A DNA stretch of 63,351 nucleotides, counting the filler, from Choristocarpus tenellus KU-1152 (taxonomy: Eukaryota; Protista; Phaeophyceae): the NCBI GenBank assembly GCA_964200185.2. It is 6 parts of 6 records of this genome, joined end to end, with 100 filler letters (N's around TTAATTAATTAA, not from the genome) between each part and the next. Parts side by side here need not be neighbours in the genome. Positions count along the whole stretch, not along the records: positions 5,459 to 29,468 come from CAXNAD020000229.1; 5 more parts are not named here. The stretch is one strand, 5' to 3'. Position 1 is the first letter of the stretch. Every line of letters begins with the position of its first letter. The notes below the pieces were generated by a model that worked only from the letters and a program-made list of their open reading frames with translations, did no database searches and was not told the DNA's origin. Made by a program: the position numbers and the translations under genes. Below are positions 13,261 to 25,908 of this stretch, piece by piece.

Positions 13261-16200
13261 TCACGCTGAGGGTCCAAGGCGGATTCCGTTGACAACAAGT
13301 CCCTCAAGCTGGAAGGAGTCAGCCACAGCTTTCATCTTATCCTTTGCCCCACCCTCATTGTTCCAATCCGTGCTGAGGGCCCCTGTAAAACAAACAAGAG
13401 TAAAAATAGAAGGAAGTGGACATACTCAGCATGTCTTTCTTTAATTCTAAAAAAAAGCTATGCTCCAAACATACTATTTCGCAAAACCTTCAATGATTCA
13501 GGTCCCATTCCACTCAGTACAGTAGTAGTGATGACTATTAGTAATCTAACCAAAACCCTCATGCATCCATCATGCAGTGCGCTGTGCTGAGTCTAACCAG
13601 TGTACTAAAGACAGGATAGTAGGCGATCATAGCAAAGTGGTATTGCAAAGACTTGAGACCCTAGAACAGTAGATGAGTTGATGTTCAGTTCTCTCCAGGG
13701 TATCTTGGATGTGAAACTGTGAAAGACATCCATTCCTACTCAGCTCCTATAACTCCATGGCAACAAATAAAAGTAAATTCGGATTCTGCCATTAATACAC
13801 GTGTGTGTATCTGTAAAACATTTTATTTACCCTTGAAAAGTTTTCCTGGTTCCAAAACATGTATTGCAACATAAATGGTTGTGTTGTAACTGAAAAGAGC
13901 AAGTCGATAGAAAGGGGGGATCATCCGCGATCACTCAGTGCCTGATATACCTGCCTAGACGGGGGGTCTACTAAAATGTGATCCATCCTGCGTTGTGAGG
14001 AGCATGTATATGAGTAGGTAGGAAGAAGGGAATGATCTGAGTAGTTTCCTCAAGTTCCAAGGACTCCAGATTGTAAGTAGAGAAATTCGCTCACCAGACC
14101 AAATGACGGCAAAGGTCCCATCCCCCCTCATGATTGCCTTCACATATGTGTTTCGGAACAGCTCACTGACCCCTTGATCTTGCAAGAGGAGATCCGGGCG
14201 TTGCACTGGAATCTGTGATCTCATCATAAACTAGGTGAGACATCACACGACAAATGGAATGAGCGCATTGCACAACCTCTTCTTAATCAGGAGAAGAAAA
14301 TGTGCTGCGTTGGTTACAAGTTCAACTGGTCCAAACACGCACGCTGGTCTTGAGCACATTGTGTGCAGCCTGGGCCTTCCATGCTAGTACTAACACAGAA
14401 CACATTTTTTTCAATGACATCAACTCTCACTGGTGGAGCCATGTAAAGCAGTGTCTGTCAATGAGGCCACAGTATACTCTACAACCCTTAATTCCTTCCA
14501 ATCTAATGGTCTAATAAAGAGACAAAGTTGGTAACACAGTCACTTGGAGAACTCTACCAGTAATCTGCACCTCTATGAGAGTATTATGACAGTTTTTAAA
14601 AATTAAAATATATCACTAGTAGTCAAGAACTGAACTAAGTGCCCCAGCATTTCATGGTGGTGCTGAGTTTTTCTCACAAAGAATTTTGCACCTCAAGTGT
14701 ATCCCCCTTGAGTGAAACCGTGCTGGGGATGACCTCACTCTCTTTCTTCAAATTTCCTGCCGCATCCTGGTCTCTCCGAAACTTGAGGAGATCTGCTGCT
14801 TTTTGAGCCGTCCCAAGAGATTCCCACGTGGCAAAGTCACCAAACGCAGGTAATCCTGCAGCAGTGGCAACCAAAGAGGATACACCATAGTTTATCAAAT
14901 CAATTGTCAGCATATGCACAAAACAAGTCAACTTCAGTGTTCATAGTATCCACTCAGGGAAGGTTATGAGGGCTTTAGAGATCCCCAAATGCAACCCTCC
15001 GTAGGCATACACTTACTGTTGTCCTTTTTGAGGTCAAGATTTTATTAAAATAACATAGCGACGGCAGGGGGTTCATACGCCCCTGACACACTGCAACAAA
15101 TGTAAGAACAAGAGAGTAACTATAGCGTTCTAAAATGGATCCTGCATAATACACCATCTACCCAGAATTCTGGTTTCACTGCTGATACCGCAATTAGACT
15201 CTTCCGAGTTTGTAAGTTTTTCCAAGTCCTTCCAGCGACGAAACCAGTGGATGCAAGACTGGCTCGTGAGGCATGGACGTTGCACTACATCTCTGTCCCA
15301 TCACATGTATCTCCGTCTATTAGTCCTTGTGCCCCTTGTTTGTTAGAGCTACACAGTAAATGAATTAACAATGCTGCTTGCCACACTCCAAACCCTGGAA
15401 TCAAATGTTCGCCTAGGCACATGATCCGCGCTCTGACTTGCCGATCAAATGCTGACATACAAACGCCCTCTTGACACCTACGGGCACTCACCAGCCTCTG
15501 ACAAGAGGCTCACAGTGTTGATGAGCTGGATGGACACTACCTCCGCCTTGTTGTAGTCCCCACAAACGAAAACCGTCCCTCGCTTGTCTTTCTTGCGTTC
15601 AGTACGGAGAAAATTTGTTGGTAGTCGGCATCGAAAGATGCCTCGAGAGTCTGTGTAGTCTGCTAGGAACGGGGCAGTATCCGGTGCTGGGACAGCATAG
15701 AAAGGGATGCGGAGACCAGAAATCAGCAAGACCAATGCATTTTCCACACCGCACAGTATCCACAGCTGGTGCTTGGAAGCAACAGCAAAATAGGACAACA
15801 GCAGTATTTCTGTCCATTGACAGGTACTTGGAGGCATTCACAATCATTATGTTGCACCTTGTGTCTCGACGGCCTGGGATCCAGCTGGTTCCCCCACAAT
15901 TGCCATTGCTGACGCAGCTCCTAGCACCGAGAATTTGAGAAAGACAGATCTCCCAATCATCTCTCCTTCTTGGTTGATCATAGTGCATAAATGCTGGCAA
16001 ACTGGGAGGGACTTAGACACCATGGGGCTGATCAGCAGGAGTGGCGGCAAGTAAGGAGCGAGAGAGAGGGAGAGAAAAGGCAGTTAGTGATCAATAGAGC
16101 TCACTTTCATTGTACTCACAGGAAGTTGTAGATGACAGGAGGCGACTTGCCTTGGGTATAACACAAGGAGGTGACTAGTATGATGAAAAGACAGCATCGA

Positions 16201-16365
16201 TCACCTTGGCAGTCCAACATTTGTAGCACCAAGAGGAAACGGTGAGCAACAAGGGGACGACAAATGAAAGGCCAGCGTGCAACGCAATATGCCCAGCGCA
16301 GCTAAAAGAGAAAAAACATTGATGACGCTACATAGACGTTCAAGCCCTACTAACAGATGCTTCAT
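13261..16365 (-). CDS. PsbP-domain (thylakoid lumen) protein, 6 exons, ~315 aa: 16205-16365, 15858-16027, 15492-15686, 14692-14855, 14095-14230, 13261-13382
   Basis: All five introns are GT-AG and phase-consistent (948 nt). Signal peptide ends TLA|FHL (ASAFAP-type), followed by a transit peptide and a Tat-like GRSVFL..hydrophobic..SQA. PsbP-like motifs YTDSRGIFRCRLP, WESLGTAQKAADLL and DW....KDKMKAVADSFQL. Confidence 0.85.
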
Positions 16366-16554
16366 AGTTACAGGAGTTAGAGGAGGTTGAGATGAAGATA
16401 TGAAGAAATTGAGGTTGGTGTTTCTGTAGCGCCACAGATTGTTTTCATGTGGAACAAATATCGTCTTTGTTTTGGTCACAAATTCTGGATTATTATTATT
16501 TTTATTCCTTGTTTGCAATTCACTCGTTCCCCTTTCCTTCCCCATTTCCCCCTA

Positions 16555-18300
16555 CTTATGACCAGCCCAGTGCGACCTCTTCGCCACTGGTTTCCTAGTT
16601 ACCCCCCACCTCTAATGACCAACCAGTGCGAACCCCCTTCGTCGCTGATTTCCCCCCAACCCTTCAACCCCACACAAGTTACCACTCCACTCACCCCACA
16701 CCACTCAACATCACTCAACACCACTCCATAATCATCCCAGAACACCCCTTCATCATCCACTTCATAGCGTGCCTTTGAGCTAGAAGACATCTACCCTGCC
16801 CAAACTTGACCTCCCCTCCCCTTTCGGGGCTGATTTCCTCCTAGTTTATCCCTTTACCTCCTGCCCTGGTTGTACCCAATCCTTCCTACTCTCTGCCAGG
16901 CCCTTTGAAACCCGCACTGGGTCCCTCTGGTTGGCCCTGACGTATACCATGAATGCATTCGACTTCCATCTCCCCCCCTCTGTATTACTAGGTCTAATAC
17001 CCCCATGGTTGCCAATCTTATGACTCCCCCTACCCTCCCCGAATGCAAAGCATCCTCCTCTGGTCTCCACTTGAGTTTCTTTACCACTCTACTCAAGACA
17101 CACGTTGCTTGCCCCCTTCTAGTCACTCTCCCCCTTTCCTTGCCTGCCTGTCATCAGTGGGGCATCAGGGGGGGTTGTGAAAAGCATTCCCTAGTAGCTG
17201 CTACCACCTCAAACCTCCTATACTTTCTTCCCCCCTTTTGTTTCCTCCTCTTTAAGTCATGCCCACACTGCTCCCTTCTTACCCTGACCTACTTTCGACC
17301 CTGTAAGTATTACCTCTACTTTATGTGCTGCTTAGCATCTATCCTCCCACCTACGCTCTTTCCACTCCCCTCCTCCACCCTACCTCCCTCCTTACTGCCA
17401 CTTCTCCGTGTACTCCCCCCCCTTCATCGTAAGCCCAATGCTCTAATGCTCTTGCTAGAAAGAAACGAGAAACACAATCCTAGCCATGTTAGCTCAACCT
17501 CCGTTCCTAGCATTTCAGTGCAGTGCTTTGTCTCTACAATCCTTCTCCATATCCGGCGTCTCCTCTTCTTAGGCTCACTGCCTATTTTTTTGTGTGGCTC
17601 CTCTCCATCCCTTTCAGCCTGGGTGAACCGTTGAGTGCTGTGTGGGGAGTTGGGAGTTGTTAAATTATTTGTGGTGATACTGGATTGCTGGGATTCTACC
17701 CTTATCTGTGCTTACTTTGTTTTCCTTACTTTGCAACAAAACACATGACCTCCGCTAGAGCCTTCATTCTGTCTAGTTCTCGACCCCTTGGGACTGTCCA
17801 CCTACTTAATCCTCTATCTGTACGGAACTCGGGCCATTATTCCCAAGCTATCTCATCACACTTCTGAGCAGGTGGCACAACCGATCCTCTGGCCTACATG
17901 GCTGCACGGCACTCGAACACATCATCACCCCTCCCTGACTCAGGGACTGTTCCTGTCAATCAACGCGCGGACAAGCATATTGGAGGTTAGGTTGAATCCC
18001 GTCCCTCTCCCATCTCGATATACCATCTGTCAAATTATTCCTCTTCCCCGCAACATGTTCGGCTGCAAATAACTCTGCCCTTGCTATCTCCAATGCCTCC
18101 GTTGTCCTCACCCCTGAACTCTGTTCTCTCTGGCCACCCCCATTTGCTGTCCTACTTGGCTCCACTTTTCTTCCCCTGAGAATCTAGTCCCTTGTCTATG
18201 TCTATCCCTTCTGCCCCCCCCCCTTTCCTGCTAGTCTACCCAATCAGCCCCCTTTCTGGCGTACTCCCAGTGGGTACGCCAGCCGCCAAATGAAACCCAA
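16555..18300 (-). mobile_element. Decayed tyrosine-recombinase (DIRS/Ngaro-type) retrotransposon: RNase H end plus YR domain
   Basis: RNase H motif AEHVAGKRNNLTDGISRW (~18010-18065). YR catalytic end ALHSGRVGG...VIQR / GRWKSNAFMVYVRAN across a frameshift (~16930-17060). Short imperfect direct repeat atgacca..cagtgcga at 16558 and 16615. Confidence 0.85.
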
Positions 18301-18602
18301 GGCAGACTCACGGAACCTATGGCCAATCCTACTTTCCTTTCATATAGGTTTGGAGTAAAAAAATTTCTACACCCAACCCAGCTAGTCTAAGCCGAATTAT
18401 CCTTGGGGTATTTATATTGCACCCACGAAAGGTACCTTAAGGTTGTTGTTGGGTTGTATCACTTGTAGCTATACCCCCTCACACTTGGTACCCCAATTCC
18501 TGGCTACCCACACACTCCTTGTATTTCTGACACGAAGTTCCCTCTTTGTTATCATTATATATTTGCTGGCGGATAGTATGGGATAGAATCTGTAATACTG
18601 AA

Positions 18603-18862
18603 CAGCCAAAGTATCTTAGAGGGTAGAGTCGCGTCCATTTGGGAAACATAATTCAATGTTGCGATTTTGATGTAATTTTGGCTATCGTGTTTGTTAGGAA
18701 GTGCCAGTATCTTTGTTCTGGACACACCTTTTGATAACCCATACATTTTACCTACTCCTGAACATTTTGGAGTAGGAAAATGTTATAAAAAAATCTCCTG
18801 GGAAGTCAAGCCCCAAATGGACAAACAGGGCAAAATTTGTACCCTCTAAGATACTTTCACTC
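18603..18862 (+). mobile_element. MITE family A, copy 1 (~260 bp; TIR GAGTSAAAGTATCTTAGAGGGTA), followed by an extra inverted copy of its left end (18863-18905)
   Basis: Internal sequence aligns by eye with the copies at 29890, 36344 and 46064. Confidence 0.85.
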
Positions 18863-19223
18863 TTCCCAAATGGACGCGACTCTACCCTCTAAGATACTTT
18901 GGCTGATGTCATGGCCACCAAAACGAGAAATCCCCGACCTGAGTCTGATTTGCCTGTGCTCTTCATGGGGCTGAGGGTCGCAGCACTCACCGTCATTTCT
19001 GTGCGTGTTTTTGGTCCCATTGCGCAAAAGCCAACGAATACCACTAATAAAACCGTTTTTAATAATTCGTCAAGGAGCATGATTTATACTGGTTTTTGTT
19101 CGAATGTAGCTTATATTTTGGGTTAGAGGAAGCATGTATTAGTGCTACAATTTCGGTAGTTGTTAAGCAGAGGGGAGCTGTCTTGAGTAGTGTTTTGGGG
19201 TGGGCAAGAGCACCATTTGCACT

Positions 19224-19402
19224 GGCTCAAAGTATCTGAGGGGGGAGGGGGGTCTCCACCAGGGGTGTTCATTCGGGTCCTGACCAGGAGAAGTGCACCT
19301 ACATCATCCATCCGACGCATGCAACCAAATCACACAAAAATCGTGGCATGGAATAATAGGCCCCGAATGGACAGCCGCCACCCCCCGCAGATACTTTGAT
19401 CC
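19224..19402. mobile_element. MITE family B (179 bp; TIR GGCTCAAAGTATCTG...CAGATACTTTGATCC; flanks ACT/ATT)
   Basis: Terminal inverted repeats share the CAAAGTATCT core with family A. Truncated ends of the same family occur at ~37006-37101 and 60033-60066. Confidence 0.7.
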
Positions 19403-19899
19403 ATTTCCTGCATATGCTTGATATATGTTCGACTATATCTAGTGAATCCCAACAAAACCACTACTATCGTCGAGAGCCAAAGTAAACAAGAGGTACTCAG
19501 GGTTGCATTTCAAGGATGCTGACAAAAATATGTAAATTCGGATTTTTGTAGAAATCTTTACAGGGACTATTCTTGATTCTGTCGAAAATGTTCAAATAGA
19601 GAAGTTAAAGACAAGTTCATCTTAGCATTTAAACATTTAGGTGAATTGTGAAGAGAAGAAAATAACTGTTTTAACTGCAACACCGCCGAAATCTGAGCAC
19701 CTCTCGTTTACTTGGTATTCAGTTACTTAACGTTTCATTGATTGATTGGCTACTGAGTCAAAGTAAACGAGAGGTACCAAGTTTTGGGGCATTTTGCAGT
19801 ATAAGCCAGTATTTTATCTTTTGCAATTCGCCGATATTTCTTAGACTGAAGTGCTAATTTGACTTGAGAGGGTCGATTTCTCCTTTGTTTGAAACTTTT

Positions 19900-21935
19900 A
19901 GATACTACCCCTGTGCCACAAGTTTGTGCCACGAAACATCTGGGCTTGCTGAACGAGAACGGCATTGAATTGGACGATGAGCCCACAGAATGAAATCGGG
20001 TTGACAATCTTAGCTTTCGCAAAAGGTACAAACTCGAGGTGCTTCAAGCCGTCAAAGTAGGGGTCTTTTGGGGTGATTTTGAGGTCAGAACTGGGCACGT
20101 CAAGGGTCAGAACCTCGGCATGGCAACCCCCCCATCGACCCCCCTGCGTAGGAAGGCTGCCCAAATGCCCCTGAATACCAGGTTTGTGCTTGCAGTGCGG
20201 CACGTGTTCGTGGATAGTGCTGCTGATACACTATGCACACCACCAGTGGAGGAAAGGTAGAGCCAGATATATATTTCCATACATTTCAGTTGAGCTCTAC
20301 CCAACGTTCATATATCATAGGGATCTGATATTAGATCATCAGTTCATATATCATATAGATAGTATTCTTTTCTGATTATCTGTGTGGACGTTGCAACCCC
20401 TCATGGTAGTCTGCACCTGTCTCACCCCACAAGTTCAGTCAGTGGAATCGAGACCACAAGCCTCTTGTAACAGTAACATTGTATATCTACACCAAGTCAC
20501 TTAATGTCCTTTATCCAGGTACACAACAGCAAGTCCAGGTGGAATATTTCAACAGCAAGCCCTCGCGATTGTCCCCGGTGTGCATAAACTGCTACAACAC
20601 ATTGGGGCAACCCTCGCAGGAGAGTTTGGAGTGTCCGAGCGAGGGCTCTGGGAGAACGTTGGTGATCAGCTCACCCGTGGCCACACACTTGACTAAGGGG
20701 TGGCGGCACGTAGTGGGCGGCCTTCAGAGCTCAAACTGACCAAGATGGCCGCAATACATAGTATCAACTCCGATCATCGGTCATCCACAGTTCATCAGGT
20801 GACAATGAAGATGGCCGCCAAGGGACTGAATTATAGCGAAAGCACCATAAACAGGTCGTTGGATGATATGAGGGCCATGCCGAATCGCTGCTGGGTCAAA
20901 CCCAAGGTTAAATCGTGGTAAAAGGTATGGAGAATGGACTTTGTTTGCGATCAAGTGGACCGGAAACTGGTGTGTAAGCCTCCATGGTGAACACGATCCA
21001 TGTGGCTGAAACGTGGTTTTACGTGATGGCTGATGGGGAAAGGGTTATAATTTCTACATGAGGATGATAGCGATCTTCCAGGGTCCCCTACTGTGCAGCA
21101 CAAGAGTCACACCCCTAAAGCCATGATCATTGCAGCCAACGCCCGCCCAGATTCGACTCACAGCTTTGACGGAAAGCTTGGTGTTTGGCGTGTGTGTGCA
21201 CCAAAAACGGCAGACAGGACAAGCAAGAACCCTGAAAAGGGGGATGTGTGTGAGCAGGACTGTACTTTAGACCATTTTGTGGTACACGAAGTGGTACACG
21301 GAGGAGTTACTGCATGCAATCAAGACGAAGATGCCTTAGTTGGAGGGGAAGCACGTTGTCTGCAAGATGGTGCTGCCCCACACACGGGCAAGGGCAACTC
21401 AGAAATCTTGTCAGGGGCCGGGAAGACTGAGGGGTGGCCGGTCAGGCTTGTAACGTGATCTAACTCCCCCAACCTCAATATCATGGACCTGTGCTTCTTC
21501 AGATCTTTGAAATGCTGGGTGATGGGGGAGCGATTTGGATCCGACGAGGAGATAGATGGTGACGGTCACTAAGAAACAGTATGAGGACTACAATGAAACC
21601 ACACTCAAGAGGGCTTGGCAGCTCCTTTTTGTGGTGTACAATCAAGTACTTAGTCATTCCCCCCTTTGTATCTAAGAAAGAGGCAGTTGTCTGGTGAGCT
21701 TGAAAACACGCCGAAGGTAGACATGGAGGCTTTTTCTGTGGCTAATAAAATTGTGATCGATGGGGAATAATAATTATAAAAAGAGCTGACCCTAACCAGA
21801 AATTCGTTAAGGATTCCAAATCTTTCAGAAATGAATTTCATATCTTCAAAAGTTATGGACAACGCAGAATAGATTTATGGCATGGAGGTAGTACAATTCG
21901 GAAAACGTCCTATCTATGCACATCCTTTTTATATG
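19900..21935 (+). mobile_element. Decayed Tc1/mariner transposon with a plant/oomycete-type (DD39D-like) transposase pseudogene; ends approximate
   Basis: RSGRP plus HTH (STVHQV...YSESTINR), WVKPK, AMIIAANARPD..SFDGKLGVW, QDGAAPHTG and NSPNLNIMDLCFFRSLK (SPDLN motif). Stops and frameshifts present. Confidence 0.85.
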
Positions 21936-24900
21936 CTAAATTTTGAACATATTTGCCATCCTTAAAATTCAACTTTGGCTACCTCTCATTTACTTTGACT
22001 CTTTCAGGCATTCGTTCTTAAGTTCAATGCCGGGTACAATGGTGTTCACACATTTGAAAGGTGGGGACTATTGTGGAGAAAGCAACATGCAACATGCCCG
22101 GAGCCATCATGACAAAAACAATGCAAAAAGAGAGTGGAATAAAACAGGAATATCTGTACGAAGCAGGAGATGCCAAACAAGATCAGTCTACTACACAGCT
22201 ACCTATGTGGGATCTTGATGATGGGCCTTGGGCAGCAGGTAGATATATGAAGTTTAAATAGTGACTTGAAAAGAGGGGATGGTACTCATGTGAGTGATCA
22301 AGGGGGCAATTTTGAAAGCAATAGTAAGATTTTACAAAACATTATGATCAACGATATTGGGGTGTACAGGTGTGCTCCCCTAATGCCTTCGACCATGTTC
22401 ATAAAATAAGAACGTTCGTGCACACCACGTGGAATGATGCGTAAGGCAGATCCATATTGTTCTCTTTTAGTCTTCGCTGCAAATCATGTGACTATTCAAT
22501 TAATCGAAGATGGTACAGTGACTACAATTAGGATACATGCAAGTTGACTTGAGTCCAGGACAGGGTGAATTGGGGAACATGTGAGTGGGGGGGGGGGGAT
22601 GCTTGGATTTGATTTTGTAAATATGGCGTTGCACCTGACACTGCCAATGGACACTCTGCCTGCTTGTGGAATAATATTATGAGAAGGGGGGATGGATTCG
22701 CTTTTGCATATGTTCTGAAGTACTAGGTAAATCGAGGAGCAGATTATCCTCAAAAACAGTAGTACATTCTGAGAGGATTGATATGGTGATGGAGATGCCC
22801 ACTATTATTATCGAGACAGAGCTGGAAGGCAGGTAGAGAGGTGAACGTCTATGACCTTGATGGATTATTTTCGAAGCAGCTTGGAAGGGGCAGGAACAAT
22901 GTCAGACGAATCAGCTTTCATGGTGAGATGGTAGAAAAGTGGACACAAAATGGGAAAGATGCATAGAGAAAGGATAGGGGGAGAGTGCAACAAGGCTCTC
23001 ATCAGGGCTGTGGAAGTCCTTGTAATGAAAAAAGTAAGGGGGAGTAATATTCAGGGAAGACAGTGGGACAGCATTGTGGTACTTGAACGGTGTTGTTGTA
23101 TGGTACAATGCATTGAGAACTTGAGCAATGTTACCCGGGCGTATCATGCTGGATATAAATTCTAATGTGATGTATCTGTTCGACTTTTGACAAGGAAATG
23201 AAATCTCGCTAAGGAGACTTCGATATTGAAAATGAAAGTACAGTATAACTTTCTGGTTATTAACATCTTCAAAACCTTGTCCAAGAAGAGAGTAAGAAAG
23301 TAACAGGGGGCTACTGGCTAGGTAGTCATGGTGCTGTGTGTGGTCAGGGGTCAAGGATCATCATGTTCCCTACAGCCATTGTTCGTGTGGAATACAACCT
23401 CAAGTACTTAGTACCTACTTAACACGAAGGGAAACAACTACTCAACGGCAACAAAAAAAGAAAACAAACTATTGGAGTACAAAACATTTCATACACCAGC
23501 GCGGTCTCAACTACAACCCGAGTTTAGAGGTTGTTTCCAAACAGTGCTTCACACAGTGACAATGATGCTAAATTAAGGAATATCAAGTTGTTCAATATTG
23601 CCAAACAACGATGAACTCAAGCATCTGAAACAAAAGCAACACAATTAAATTGCAAGAGGACAGAGCCATTACTTTAAATATGAGCATTATAACCACTAGG
23701 TCGAAGTATAAATAAATGTTGGCCAAGAGGACATGGTGATGAGACTAATAAAAATAAAAATGCTTTACCTTCCCTCTCCATGATTGGGTGTGATATCTGT
23801 CAAACCGAAAGGCCTATTTCTCATTGTTGGTGTCAGGGCTGAACATCAGACGGACCACTTTATACTGTATACACCCAGCTACGAGAAAAAAGAAACTCTC
23901 AAAGAGTATGATCTTACGTATACCAAATCTACTATCAAAACTAGTTCAAAGTAGCTCTGTTGTGCACGATAAGTTTTAAACGATTACCAAGAACCATTCA
24001 AATACTAGCCTTAATACTTCAAAGTAATATACTAATACGGCATATCGTGTTAGGGTAGGCAGAATAATAGAAGGGGAGACCCAACAAAGTCTGAACAACT
24101 GACGACACCCAAGTGCCGAGGTGAGACGTGCAGCACCTACCCTCTGAGAGAACGACACTGGAGCTGAAGTACAAACCAGATAGTACTATTCAAGGAGAGA
24201 GGCACAGGGGAAATAAATTCAAGGAGAACTCTTTGTGGTTTACTTCATGAGCAAGCAAAAGAACCGTTGTAATCTAATAGGAACGATATAAAATGCCGCA
24301 CATCTGAATACGAGCTATAGCATAGGCAAGGTCATTGGAGATGAAATTAGTTGCAGGTAAGATAGTGCACCACTAACAGGCTGCTGTCTCTGTTCCCTTC
24401 AACATCCATCTTCGGCTGTGGTTGTGCAAATTTCCTGTGGGATAACAGACAAAACAAGATAGTTTGTTAATGAAATGATAGTGCTCCACTTCAGGTGTAG
24501 GAAACCCCCATTAGTGCGAGGTGATTTGTTGTAAGTACAAATATCAATAGTGGCATCAGAAAAAAAGGTAAAATTAACGGAGAAATGGATGCAAACTATG
24601 TATCAGTGACAAGAATATGCATGATACTTCTATAGGAGTACACAATACATGAGCCTAGACACAGAAAGTACAGATTTCGTACACACAAATTCGGATACTA
24701 CATAGAAGTAGGGATTTTCTTTTGTGTGCATGTACGTGTGTGTGTGTGTGTCTCAGCAGCTACATGCTTTTTGGCATGTTCCTATCTTGCCCCTATTATA
24801 TCCTTTCAGAAAATTTACAAGTAGCGACCTTGAACATACAAAACACAAATCCTCCACATCCCTCATCACACACTTCTCCTCTTCACAGCCGCATCTTCTA

Positions 24901-25908
24901 CCTCTCGGATTCTTTTTCGTCCTTGAGAGATTTGCTCCACCCCTTCCCCTGTTCCCCCTTCCTCCCCTCCACCCTCTCCTCCACTCTCCTGTAATGCATC
25001 TCCCCCCCCACCCATCCCTTCCGATATCAAGGGACTGACTTGTCCCAGGGACTGTTCAAGGGTGATTGTATTTGCAACAAGGCTAGGACTTGGCAGAGAT
25101 GAACAACCGGCATCAGGGTAGGCTGCAACACCTAGACTTGTAGATTCCAGTCGATGCATCCAACACAAGGTTGTATCCTGTGTGCCGTTTGTGACCATTT
25201 ACATCTCAGTGGTTAACAGGTTGGAGGAGCATGGGACTATGTGCATGGAAGGTGAGGGAGGTTGTGAAATTACTGAGAGGATGCCAAGTGCTGGAAGGAA
25301 GAGGGTCAAGAAACAGGGGTGGGTGGGGATAGAGGGGTAGATCAAGAGTTGAAAAATGCCATAGTACTGTTGTAGCCTTGCATCAAATAACTAGAGTACC
25401 ACAACTATACACTCGCATGTGCACATCTTATCGACACTCTCTTTTATGCCAGGTGGCATTGAATGTACTCACTTCATGAAGCCTCATCTATAGTATACAC
25501 CATACCTACAGTACAGGCTGAAAATCCTGTGCATACAAATGCTCCAAAGCACACCAATAGACCGATTCTTACCATCCCATCAAGTGATACGAATAGCAGT
25601 CTTGAAGAGGCTTCATCCTGCATGCAACACTGCTATGTACTAAGCACTCTAGTCCCTGTTACGATACAGCACAAAGGATGTTGGATTGATCTACTCTAGT
25701 GCCTTAGCTTCCCCCCATTTTGTGAGAGGTAGGTAGGTAGTCCTGGAAGCTTCGGCTATAAAAAAGAAAAATCGAGGTACAGTAGTACATAATGGTCATA
25801 GTATGTCAGGAGGACAAAGTACAGGTACGGATACAAACAGTGGTGTTCACTTTATATAGACGTTTTTCTTTGTTGAGTGTTTGAGGGGAATGAAACAGTC
25901 CGACTAAC

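Noticed and set aside
17005-17634. 209-aa Leu/Pro-rich ORF
   Set aside because: Antisense shadow of the purine-rich YR element.
18991-19020. Minus-strand mini first exon MGPKTRTEMT|GTGAGT
   Set aside because: No convincing downstream exon; it lies between two MITEs.
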